Assembly (NCBI RefSeq): GCF_000150275.1
Contig: NW_002060948.1
Coordinates: 1,511,983-1,575,982, forward strand
Source: Trichoplax adhaerens
Taxonomy: Eukaryota > Animalia > Placozoa
Reading direction: 5' to 3'
DNA length: 64,000 bases
The position numbers and the translations under genes are program-made. The notes below the pieces were generated by a model. The model was given only the letters and a program-made list of their open reading frames with translations, did not search any database and was not told where the DNA came from. Positions 52,525 to 64,000 of this stretch are shown here, piece after piece. The first letter of the stretch is position 1. Every line of letters starts with the position of its first letter.

Positions 52525-53000
52525 AACCGTATACTACCCTGTAGAAAACCAAGCCAACAGCTGATTTGGAGGCAATGGCAATCACGAGCTTGTTCACAGC
52601 AGGGACTACTGGAAAGAAGAGAAACACGACACGATCGTTGGCTGTACTGGCGATGTGAAGGCCGATTTTTTGGCTGGTCATTTCAACTGTATGTACTGTA
52701 GAAAATCAAGCCAACAGCTGATATGCAGGCAAAGGCAATCACTCGCTTGTTGATAGCAGGGACTACTGGAAAGAAGAGAAACACGACACGATCGTTGGCT
52801 GTACTAGCGATGTGAAAGCCGACTTATTTGCTGGTTATTTCAACTGTGCTGCCAATGAGCTGCCAGGTTGGTTTTGTACAGCATGGTGTACGGTTACAGT
52901 CTTAGCGTAGTGTAAAATGACTGCAAAAAAGTCGGCCTGCACATTTTTGCCCGCTTTCGCCCGTGTCCACTGTCTAGTCCGTCCCTCTCTTCTTTCGAAA
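52525..53000. repeat. Two direct ~157-bp units followed by an inverted, diverged copy (foldback-like)
   Basis: CAGGGACTACTGGAAAGAAGAGAAACACGACACGATCGTTGGCTGTACT occurs twice. 52858-52895 is the reverse complement of 52525-52562 (29/38 by eye). Confidence 0.8.
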
Positions 53001-53073
53001 CAATTAGTCACAAGACTGGCAACTAGTCACAACGCCTGGCAATCTCGGTCCCGGTCCCATCTAGCCCCACCCA

Positions 53074-53487
53074 TTCATTCCCATCATTCCTGATACGGAT
53101 ACACAATGCATAGCACTGTACTGTACTGTACAGTACAGTATTCATTCCCATCATTCTTGATACGGATACACAATGCATAGCACTGTACTGTACAGTGTAT
53201 AGTGCTGTACAGTACAGTACAGTACAGTATAGTTGCTACGGCACAATACTGTACGGTGAAGTCCAGTCTGGTCCAGTCCGATCCGGTCCAGCCCAGTACA
53301 GTATATTGTTACACTGAGTACTGTATAGTTGCTACGTCACAATACGGTGAAGTCCAGTCTGATCCGGTCCAGCCCAGTATATTGTCACACTGAGTACTGT
53401 ATGGTTGCTACGGCACAATACGGTGAAGTCCAATCTGATCCGGTCCAGTCTGATCCGGGCCAGCCCAGTATATTGTTACACTGAGTA
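53074..53487. repeat. Two adjacent minisatellites: ~66-bp x2 and ~65-90-bp x3
   Basis: TTCATTCCCATCATTC(C/T)TGATACGGATACACAATGCATAGCACTGTAC x2; GTTGCTACG(G/T)CACAATAC...GGTGAAGTCCA...GATCCGGTCCAG...CACTGAGTA x3. Confidence 0.88.
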
Positions 53488-53753
53488 ACTGTTGACTTCA
53501 GGCGATCGACAGTTCTGCTGCTTATCGTCGTGTGTTCAACCATCCGGACTTAACTACCGTACTCTACAGTGTACTCACTCAGTCTGCAGTAGCGTACTGT
53601 ACTGTACTGTCAAGTGTGAACAAACTGAAACTACGCTGTACTGTCACCTGTCAAAATTGTTGTTCACTGCCGGTATCATCCACATCAAAGATAATCGTCA
53701 AACTAGCCGTTCTCACGCGAATTCTCTCTTTGCCAGCTATTCTTGCCACGATC

Positions 53754-56700
53754 ATGGCAACATTTCTTCGTCGGCTTGCTGGAGAATTCTCCAATAAACC
53801 CCCGATTGTTTTATTCTCCATTTTTTTATTCACCTTGGCCTTTTCGTTACTGCTTCTTGGATGCGTGATCGATCACAGCGAATTTGCCAATCCTGATTTT
53901 AAGGTAATGTAGTGATCGCTAATTTTCAATCAAATGATGGCAAACCCAGTATCACAACCTTGTTCCCATAGTATCCCTTTTGTCACACTACGAATGGATC
54001 ATCCATGGCTACAAGTCACAACGAATCATCATGATATTTCAATGATGACTGAATACTTGAGAATGGGCTTCTTTCGATCCCTTTGACTTGTCCACATTAC
54101 TGTATATAGTGTTGACTGTAGCAGATTAGCATTTGAACGCTTGAAGTTAATTCAGAATGATCATCAATTATCTTCAGATCCATACTATGTCAAGCAAGCA
54201 GTATGGAACGAAAAGAATTTAGAATAGGCGTCCAAGTACACATAGCGTTCCGTTTTCTTCCTTTGACAAATCAATTCATTGATCAACATATCGTGGACAA
54301 TCCAGTATACGATCAAATAAGAATATCCAACTGGATTACACACGGGGCTATTTTATTATTTTTTATTTTCAATTCATTTTACCGTATTGCAGAACGGCAA
54401 ACCTCGCTACTTCTTTGTTGAACATGAAAATTGCTTTAAAATGATCGGTAGGAATACATGAATCCATTTTTTCTCAAGTCTTAGTGTTAAGTTGTCATAA
54501 ATTTGATATTGGAGCCCACTGCTTGCTGTGTTAACCTTCAATCAGCCTGCTCAAGATATTTTTCTCAAAGTCCTTTACTAGTACTACTGCACTGTCGAGT
54601 GGAAAAAAGTTTATGCCTTTTTTTACCCCACCATACAGTACACCATAACGCATACTGTACTGTACCGTACCCTTCCATTTTCTGGCGCTGTGGCCATGGA
54701 CTGGACGCATGTTTGGGTGGAAGGATCTTGGCTAGTATGACAATGCAATTTTAGCAGCGCTCCCATTTCTATTCACAACGGAGTCTATGAATTATTTTCA
54801 AATTAGAAAATTCTACATAGAGCATAGCCATTCTCCAATTACAGTTATCGCAAGTGATCTGCGAATCATTTCACAGAGCTAAATATAAGGATGGCTATCC
54901 CAAAGTGATTTCAATACAGTAAATGTCTAAAATTCAATGGTGAAATGTAAAAGGCTCAACGACTTGTTTTTTATTATTTTATTTTGATTATTGTATTATT
55001 ACTACTGGTATGAGAGCGATTCGGTACTGGCACTGTACAGGACCCACAGAAAATACAAGAGTATCATTGAGCTGTACAACGACGCCATACAGCACACTCG
55101 AGTAGTACAGTAGAGTTTATACAGTTTTCTAAACTTGGAAGATATACAAGGCACACGCAGTTGTACTTTTGCTTTCGACCCGATTTCAATAATTTACAAG
55201 CAAACGGAAGAGGAATATTTTATCTTCCAATGAATCACAGAGTAGAGCGTATACAAACCTCTTGCCACGCTTTCTACCTGATGTACTTGGTTGTGCCGGT
55301 TATAAACAGGCTACCATGTTAAAGGTAGACTGTCTACCGTACGAGTAATTAATTCTATCCCACCCTTCCTGAATTAATTCAAAATTCCCCCCAACTTTGA
55401 TACCCTGGATAGGGGATTAGACCGTAAAGTGTCTGTATAACATACAGTAAGCCTTTCTAACACTTGCAAGCCCTAACCATACAGCTCCTATCATAGCTAT
55501 TCTCTGTCCTAGGTAGTACAAATGTTAGCACGTTGGAAATATTCGTCAAAGCTATAGTACAAGCGCAATTCACAATAATTAAAGTCTGTTTATACAGACT
55601 ACAGGTACTAGTATCAAGTAAAGTATAGTATGCGGCGGTCATCTAGTTTTGACAGAACGTGGTCTCGACGTACCTGCATACAGTATCGATGGATGTATTT
55701 TAAAAGATAACTTTTTTTGTTTATAGTATATTGATTTTGATATTATCGTTTAATTATTTTAGAACTGGAATGAAATAATCCACAAATTAAGCCATCAGAA
55801 GTTGGACCTAACGACGGATCGAGTCGATGGACTTATTGTTCCCAATAATGTCGTGATCAATAAAACGAACGTCCCCGCTGTTAATGTTTCTCTCCCTTTA
55901 ACCTTCACCGTTAGAAATTGTTGTCGTAGCTTTGGCTTGCGACATTTCCAGCATAAAGCCGTCAAAACTATCTTGCCCATGTCGATACTGGATAATAGAT
56001 TATTTAGTAAGCCAATCTTTTTCTATGCCTGTCAGTTATCTTTTTTAGTCAAGGTTGAATTGTTACCAATTGATATCACTAATTTCTTGCATTCACTTAT
56101 AAAGTACAGTATATGGTGATACAGTGAATCTGTTACTATTGCCGTTAAAATGCTAATAGGCGGCGATATAAAACTCTCTTCCTTTTTATTAGGTGAATTT
56201 CCATCGCTAAATTTTACTGTAACTCTCTTCCTCGGTGACATAAATAAAAATCTTTCAGGTTGGTATTAAGAAATAACTGAATACTCCTAATCATACATCT
56301 TGATGTTGAGCACTGATAGCAAAATGGATGATAAGTAGGCAATTATTTTATAATAGTTGTCACATACCATGATCTTATTAGCAAATTACACGAGATTATG
56401 CGTGCCTGTATTGTGGTTATTGCTAATTTGCGATCAATATATGGCATTGGGTGTATCAACAGCGAAATTGATCTCTAGAATAAAATTGTCGCAAGTCTAT
56501 CTGCTAACATTGAATAGAATTAAAATATTCGGCTTTAGATTTTGTATCCTGTTTTAGTTTCGCTGTACTGTACATCACTTTACTGTTTACAATAATGGAT
56601 TTAAATTTTCGACTCTGTAGTCGCGATGCAAACTACCTGAGATCATCATCACGATACGGCACCCATTTTGTTGATCGACAAACCGATTGTAATCTATTGT

Positions 56701-57681
56701 CTTACTTAGCAGACTGAGAGATTTATCGATAATAATTCTTAACTGCTGACACGTCAACATGTACAATATCAAGTTTATATTGGAGTTATTGGATGTTTCG
56801 GTAATAGTTGGAATAATATCTACCTTGAAATTTTTTTTCAGATGGCAACGGAGCAGAGTTCAAGTCTTGCGCAGTATTGACAGTGCCTGAAACTTGGCTA
56901 TCTTCTAGCAGGTCGGAATTTGTCTTTCATTAAGAGTAACTAATCATCAGACTTATGCTTAATTTCGGTGTATGATTAAAAATTACTCGGACTTCGCTTC
57001 TAACTATTGTAGCCAATAATCTATTCATATAACTACTACTAGTTTATTTCTACTTCACTTGTAGCTTCCTAATTAGCCTTTCATAATCTGTATTTGCGAT
57101 ATTATATCTAATCTTATGTATACTTAATTTTTAAATTGATTAAACTCCTCAATACAGGATTTACCTTTTTTTTATCTAACAGATCGTATTATGACTCGAC
57201 ATTTTGTCGTGTATTTCCAACAAACTACTCCATATTTGCGATACCAGATTCTTCATTAGATTGCAAGCATAACTGTACGGAATATTATACATTTATTGGC
57301 AATATTAATCATCACTACGATGAGCATTTGACTGTCTGGATTTCAAAAGTACGTTATCTTGCTATCAATCTGCAGTTTTGACATCTTAGAGTATTTCTTG
57401 TTATTGTTAGTAAATTGGCACTATGTTACGTAATCTATTTAGGGTAATTGTCGTTTTATTCGCCATTTCATTTCATATTTGTCTTTTACTCCTCAAAATT
57501 ACAGGAAGCTCGAAATGTGATATTCATACGTTTGCAGTATTGTAGTTACGTTGCCCTGGTTGTAGTATTAGGTTTCATCATCCTCGCTGGATCCTTTGGT
57601 AGGCCAAAAGCCAAAGTTTTGCTATCATCTTCTTTTACTGAAGCTATCGACAGTGATGAGGATGGAATTCAAAGTTATTAA
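53754..57681 (+). CDS. TMEM248: TMEM248/TMEM219-family membrane protein, multi-exon
   Basis: FSNKPPIVLFSIFLFTLAFSLLLLG...FANPDFK|NWNEII resembles the TMEM248 N-terminus (SSRPPLVVF...DWN). The second TM is followed by GRPK. Confidence 0.72.
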
Positions 57682-59035
57682 ATTTTTAAAGTTAAAAATT
57701 AATAACTGCTTCACGAAGATGCTATATATTTACATGTGATATTACCAGTTTTCATGAATATATACTTGGGACTGTAAATACAAGTATATTTGTTCAAAAA
57801 TTTTAAAGGTAATGTTATATGTTATTGAAATTTGGGATACTGTAAAGCGAGTGAATTTAATTTAACCTTGCAACGATTAGTAAGTGCGTCAGTGCCTACT
57901 ATATTATATTTCTGTACTGGGTAAAGCCTTGTAAATCAAATTAAATTATGTTATAATTATGCAGCGCTTTTACTGCACAATATAATGTACAATGTACAAT
58001 CACAAGAATATAAGCACTGGAAGATATTTTATTTCTATAAACGGCGCAGCGTCTGGAATGCTTGCCCGGTTCGAAAGTTTGGCGCACTTCATTCTGTAGT
58101 CAACTAGGCATTGTACTGTACTATACTATGCCAAGACACGATGATGTGTATGCACTGGGTATGATACAAAAAGTCAACTTTCACATTGTAACTAGATTCT
58201 ATATCATGCAATAATACGTACTTACGTTATGTACGGATTATCTAATTTTATTATTGGCTGTGAGTTTTTTATAGTAAAACAAATTAACTGATACATGTAC
58301 GTGGTACAATGCAATATTTCCCATACAGTAAACATTGGAAAAAATGAATTTATTTGTATATATAACTGCATAAGAATATTCTAACACAAAATTATAATTA
58401 GTGTAGAACAGTTCTTCTTGCTTAGAAAAGTAAACATGTTTGTTAAAATTACTTAACAATAAACTTGTACTGTCACAATGAAAAGATGGATATGTGATGA
58501 CTGACGATACTTTACAGCAAGTTTTATAATCTGAAAGGAGGTGCATGGTATTTCTGAAACGAAATAACGCCCAAGTCGAGATTTCATGACGTAAATGTTA
58601 TAGAAAAAGCAACTCATTCTCACAGACACCAAACTAGGCTTCAAGACTAATCATAATTAATCAATTATCAAACCTCTTGTTGATTAGATCAGAAAATTTT
58701 TATTTCCTTTAAAGTTGTACTGTATTTTGCTAAATATAATTTTATACTATTCAATAATACAACTTTTTTAGCGAGTTGGAAACAGGGGAGTTATCACCTG
58801 TAGGATTATGTCAATTGTGACTAAATTGAACTCAGTAAGTTTTTCATATATGTCATACATTTAGTGACTTAAAATTTGGAAATGATGAGATGTAGTAACT
58901 TGACAATGTCAATAATTTACTATTTCATAAAAAATTTATGTTGCAAAATATATGTTATACATTACATCATATAATTACGGTCAATTTCCTCTAAAAGGAA
59001 TTTTCAAAATGCTGTACATTCAATTCAATACAAGT

Positions 59036-62000
59036 CTAGTTAGATTTTGCTGCAGCCTTAGACATATCGTCTATTAGTGTTTCCAATAAGCTAGTTCCGT
59101 TTAGAAGTTTGGTAGTCGCGATAATGAAATCGTTGCCTAATTGATAAAATAAAAAAATATTGGTATTCACAATCGACGTTTTACTACATTTATAGACAAA
59201 AGACATATTCTTTTGCATCAAATCATAGCGTATGAGACGATAGGTATAAATTATTCTCGCTAATTAAACTCAATACAGCGCTAGTTGCATGCAATAATAA
59301 AATTTAAAATTTAAACATACCGATAGTAGTAGTAATAGTTATTTAAACATAGTTACACTAGCATTTAGCGGTCTCGTAGCGGTAGCTGTATCGATTCCAA
59401 GTTATTTATATATTACCTTCCTCTTGCTTTGACAAAAATCGCAATGCCGCAATTTCTGCATAAGTGCATCCTCCAATAAAAAACACTAAAGTGGTATCAT
59501 TTTTCTCCATACCTTCGATCATAAACAATACGATTTATCAACAAATTCCAATACAGTAACATGCAATGAAATCATCATTTATAGTATTACTAAATTTGCA
59601 AGAATTAATGAACCTTTATCTGACAAACCACCAGGAATTTGCTGAGCAATTTCGCTGAATTCTCCAGGAATAGTTTTAAGGACCTAATAGATCAACACAT
59701 AGCTAAGTACTACGAATGTACAAAAAGGTTGGAAAGCTCCTATAGCCTGATAAATTATGTAATCGTGGCAAGTTATTCACCTCTTCTACTCCTTTCCAAG
59801 ACTGTTTATCCTCAGTAAAATATTGAGCAAGCCTCACAGATAGAGGGGCATATCCAGAATAGGCAAATGAAATATCAGTCGGTTGCTACAATCACGTGAA
59901 GAATAATATCAGTAGAAAAAAGCTAAATAAGGTAACCATTAAGTTTAATCCATGCAACTAACTTGTTCGTTTATGTCATCGACTAACAGTCGCAACGCCT
60001 TACGAATGGAAGAAAAAATTTTCGGTTGCTGAGTTGTAAGTAAACCAACTTTTTCCAAATTAATAAGTGTGGGTAGGTACTCATAGCCGTAAGCCTATTG
60101 TGAAAGGAATGTCCAATACTAAATATTAATATTCACTAAGCGCCAAGTAACCGATTTATTCGTCGTTATGAACAAAGCTCTTACAAGTCTTTAAAATAAC
60201 AAACCTGTAAGATTTCTTTACAATAAAACTCGAACAGTTTGGGCTTTAGTCCATTACTTACGAGAGATTGTAAGCAAATCAAACGTAAGACCTTTCAATT
60301 AAAATTAAAATTTACAATAAATTGTCAATAGCTAATAATATAATTTGAGAAAATAAAATACTCGGGGATAAATAAGGGATGTTGAACTTAAAGACTAACC
60401 TTTGTAATTGGCTGACCAGTCGCTAAAAGTTCTTCAATATACATGTTTATTTTATCAATATCGACAGTAGCAATCATTTCTAGAAATAAATAATTGAATA
60501 TCAAATCACTGTACATGACACAGAATCAGAATTTGAAATGAATATTACCTTGTTCAAATTGTAACTTGTCTCGAAATGCTGAATCATCTGTGATTTTTTT
60601 TAACATTTCTGCAATTGTGGTATCTAAATGAAATAGAATTTTCTAAGGCATCGGTTTCGCTTTCAACAAAACTCGAAGTGAGTTATAAAGGCAATTATGT
60701 TGTACGTACGATTGGCTAATGACTTTTTAGCCGCTTGAATCGAAGGCAGTTTAGTCACAAATTGTTTAATTTGGTTAACACTTACTGCATCATGTCGTTC
60801 CTAGGAGTAAAAACATATCCATTTACTTTTCACGCAAGTTAAATAAGGTCAAATGGATTTGCTTACGGCATAAGCTGCGCTAATCTTTTTGGCCTGCCTA
60901 CTCAATATTGGCGGCACTGCTTGAAAGTTTAAATCGCGAATTTCAGCGTATAGATTATCTCCAGAATTAAGCCTCACGGTTTGACGAATTGCTGCTGATT
61001 GAGTATCTTCCTCAGGATTAGCAGAACCATGATCCCGTTGTTTCAGTAATTCTCCAGGAAATTTTGCTTTAAAGAAGATTAAATTATTTACTTACATTAT
61101 GTACTTTAGATATTTCAATTTAAAGAGAAATCGTAGAAGTCGATTACAGTAGATACGTACTACACTTTAATCCAACATGCTCATCAATCAATCCTTCATA
61201 TGTTAACTGCGATAATACTGGTGTAATAAGATCTACTGTTCGATCAACCAAAATTAGACGACTGATTTGAGATTTTGTTTGATCATCTGGTCCACTTGTT
61301 TCTTTTCTCATTCGAACAATCATATTTGCTACACGCTATTAATATTCGCAATGCAATGTTACACAAGAGCAATGAAAGACATATTAGACTATTGATTGGA
61401 TGCACTTTGAAAAGCGATTAGCTACAGAGTTCGAAATGGTCAAAATAGCTAATACTATAATTACAGCATACTTACTTTTCCGCAGTTACCCTTATAAATT
61501 ATTTTAGGGATTGTACCGAAAATTGTTTGTAAGATCATCAGCGATCTCGCCACATAATATAAAGATGAGTAATCCTCCTCCAAATGACACTCACGGAAGG
61601 CTAATTCCAACTCAAGAGACATTAAATCGTAATCAAATAGCAGAAGGAGTAAATTGAATTCTCCGATGACCTCGAAGTCTGCAAAAACTTCTAGCTCCTG
61701 TGATTTGATGTAAAAATAGGACAGAACGGGGACAATAAATATATAATCGGCAGCTTTACCTAGGTTCATTAATATACTCGTATGTAGCTGAGATAAATTA
61801 GGAGGAGGCAATGTGGACCTTAATTTAACAATATGAAATACTCGTGTATTGAAATAGTTTCACGAGCGTGCCATCGTATACAAAGTAGTGCAGCAACTAT
61901 TTTGGTAAGCCTAACTTAAGGGACAAATCGCCAATAGATATTGCACAATTATTATACAGGCGATTCCTCAGACTAATCAATTATTTTTAATTGCTCTCAT

Positions 62001-63289
62001 GTATTAATATAATCTAAATCAGAGAATCAAATGAATGATTCTAGTTATAATTGTGCATTTGCTAATACATTATAGAAAGTTTAAATGCATAAGTACCTTT
62101 AATTTATCTTCACATAACAAACTCTTTCTCGGAACAAAAAACAGGCTAAATTTGACATCGTACTTAGTTCTTGATTTCTTCATTTCACTTTAGGTAAAGT
62201 GGAAAATAAAGATTACACGAGTAATGAAAAATTAAGAAATTTTAATTGATAGCATTTACTTACCTAGCAACATTTTCAGCAACCCACTTCATTAAGGATA
62301 ACTTGGGTCGAGTGAAAAAGATAATATTTTGTTGATCATGAGGTGGCAAACGTCCAGGCGCCAAAGGGAACATTTTGCGCACTTCTAATTCCTAATTTAG
62401 AGATATACTTGATTCAGAAGCTTTGTTTAAATCCCTATTTTTACACGTAAGACCTTTCCTATCAATAACATTTGAATCAGAATAACGAGATCCTAAACTG
62501 ATCGCTTTTAGGCTAGTGTCGCGAGTGCATGCAAAAATGGTATAGCAAAGAATTTAGTATGAACTATACTGACCACATTACAGTACAAGCTTTTGCTGAT
62601 TACTATGACAATTTTGTACTCGTTTTGTGGCTATTCGATCGTGCTTTTTACGCTTCTACATTTAGTAACAATGTAGATCAAATCTTTTACTAGTATTGAA
62701 GTATGTTTTAGTACATGAGAACATAGCATTATCTAGGAATTGCATAGCAAACCTGTAATAGTGAAAATTCGGCAACCAAATCTAGTGGATCAAAGAGATA
62801 TTCATCCCAGACAACTGTCTATTAATACCATAATATAAAGTTGGTCAGTAGAATTGACAACTTGCATACCTAGTCACAATATGTAAGACTATCCTTCATT
62901 TTGAAAGGCCAATAGTATTATAGTCCATTCTCTTAACAAACATCATTGGCTATATGAACTACAGATACGCTACTCCTTGTACATGTAGGTTATCATTCAT
63001 TCATGATCAGTCAATATACATTAGCATGGTACAGTATATCAAAGAAGACATTGAAAACACCAGTCAATTATGATGACCTACTTCAGAAGCAACACCTAAC
63101 CAATTTCGACGTGAAATACAGTAGCACAATCGACGCTTGCTAACAAGAATTACTTTGCTACTACTATACCTTTGAACCAGGACATTGCCTTAAGCATTCG
63201 CTTAACTCTCTACGAGAAGCATCTCGTACAATGCCTAGATTTACTCTTCCGCTGGTACTTAGATGTGCGAATGAAGAATTAGTAGCCAT
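59036..63289 (-). CDS. VPS33A: Vps33 Sec1/Munc18-family protein (HOPS/CORVET), many exons
   Basis: [111 protein letters not shown] and [10 protein letters not shown]. Confidence 0.95.
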
Positions 63290-63412
63290 GATTATCCGTC
63301 AAGAATAATATCTCTATTAATCAACAGGACTTGCTAGTCTTTGGATGATGATCCTTGGTGTTTTGTTGGCAATCTTCAAGTTATCCCTTTCTTGGACCAT
63401 CCTTTAGCTTAG

Positions 63413-63725
63413 CGTACTGTACCGTGCTGTACTGTACCGTACGTGCGGTTCACTACAGTGCCGACTGCGTATAGTACTGTAAGGTACAGTGCATAGTACT
63501 TACTCTACAGTGCGGTGTACTGTAACCTGTTTCTTCAATACACCGTAACTGGAGTAAGAAAACGCTCCAAAATATCTCACAAGTCCATGATAAAAACCAT
63601 GCGTTTGCGATCCATTTCCTACAAATTGATGCAAAAATCGCCATATTGAATGCAAGGGATCGCGTTGTACTGTACACAGCAGTACAAACACATATTTTTC
63701 TCTTTTCTGCTACTGCACTGTACTT
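63413..63725. promoter_or_regulatory. TACAG/CTGTA cluster upstream of VPS33A
   Basis: GTACTGTACCGTGCTGTACTGTACCGTAC at 63414-63442, with further copies to 63723. Confidence 0.55.
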
Positions 63726-64000
63726 TTCTCTGTAAATCTGTGACAATTTGAATCTGTCTATTAGTACTCCTACTGTAGATCGAAGCTGTCTCTTGAATAC
63801 GTCACAAGTTAGAACCATTAGACTGGACACTGGACAGTGGACGCTGGATTCGGATGGTCGGACATTTCGACGTCATATTCCGGGCATTGCAGTGTAAATA
63901 TGATGTCATTCATGAAGCCGGATGCTCGATCCTGTAAGTTGCTTATTCTGCTAAATTAGGTAATACTATATTGAAATCTATTTTACCAAGTTTTGCTTAA

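Larger units (their letters stand above)
52155..53645. promoter_or_regulatory. ERAL1/TMEM248 divergent promoter region with TACAG/CTGTA clusters and repeats
   Basis: (CTGTA)n at 52186-52204, (TACAG)n at 53208-53229, and further runs at 53115-53140 and 53560-53645. Confidence 0.55.

Noticed and set aside
58040-58090. GGTTCGAA B-box/T-loop-like motif in a GC-richer patch
   Set aside because: No cloverleaf, acceptor stem or A box can be built, so it is not a tRNA.

Overview
This is AT-rich, gene-dense eukaryotic DNA with short spliceosomal introns and a metazoan housekeeping gene set. It is probably an early-branching animal such as a placozoan (Trichoplax-like); this is inferred from composition and gene architecture, not verified. 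I assembled 13 protein-coding genes by hand from GT-AG/AT-AC splice sites: TMEM97(+), an intronless orphan secreted Lys/Ala-rich helical protein(-), UPB1(+), GUCD1(-), SNRPD3(+), PPM1D/Wip1(-), C1D(+), EIF5(-), SLC8B1/NCLX-like(+), a prostanoid-receptor-like class A GPCR(+), ERAL1(-), TMEM248(+) and VPS33A(-). A 160-N gap lies in the PPM1D intron. Main observations: (1) palindromic TACAG/CTGTA pentamer clusters sit at the 5' ends of most housekeeping genes; (2) the EIF5 leader carries poor-context uAUGs, an overlapping uORF and an RNA stem that could bury its 3' splice site; (3) the secreted orphan has 11-mer amphipathic repeats and a TATA/CRE-type promoter; (4) UPB1-GUCD1-SNRPD3 has the same order and orientation as on human 22q11.23; (5) the NCLX gene has two U12-type introns; (6) foldback and tandem repeats occupy divergent promoters. 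Most short ORFs in the supplied track are intronic, antisense or repeat artefacts. No rRNA, tRNA or CRISPR array is supported. Exon coordinates were read by eye and may be off by a few bases.
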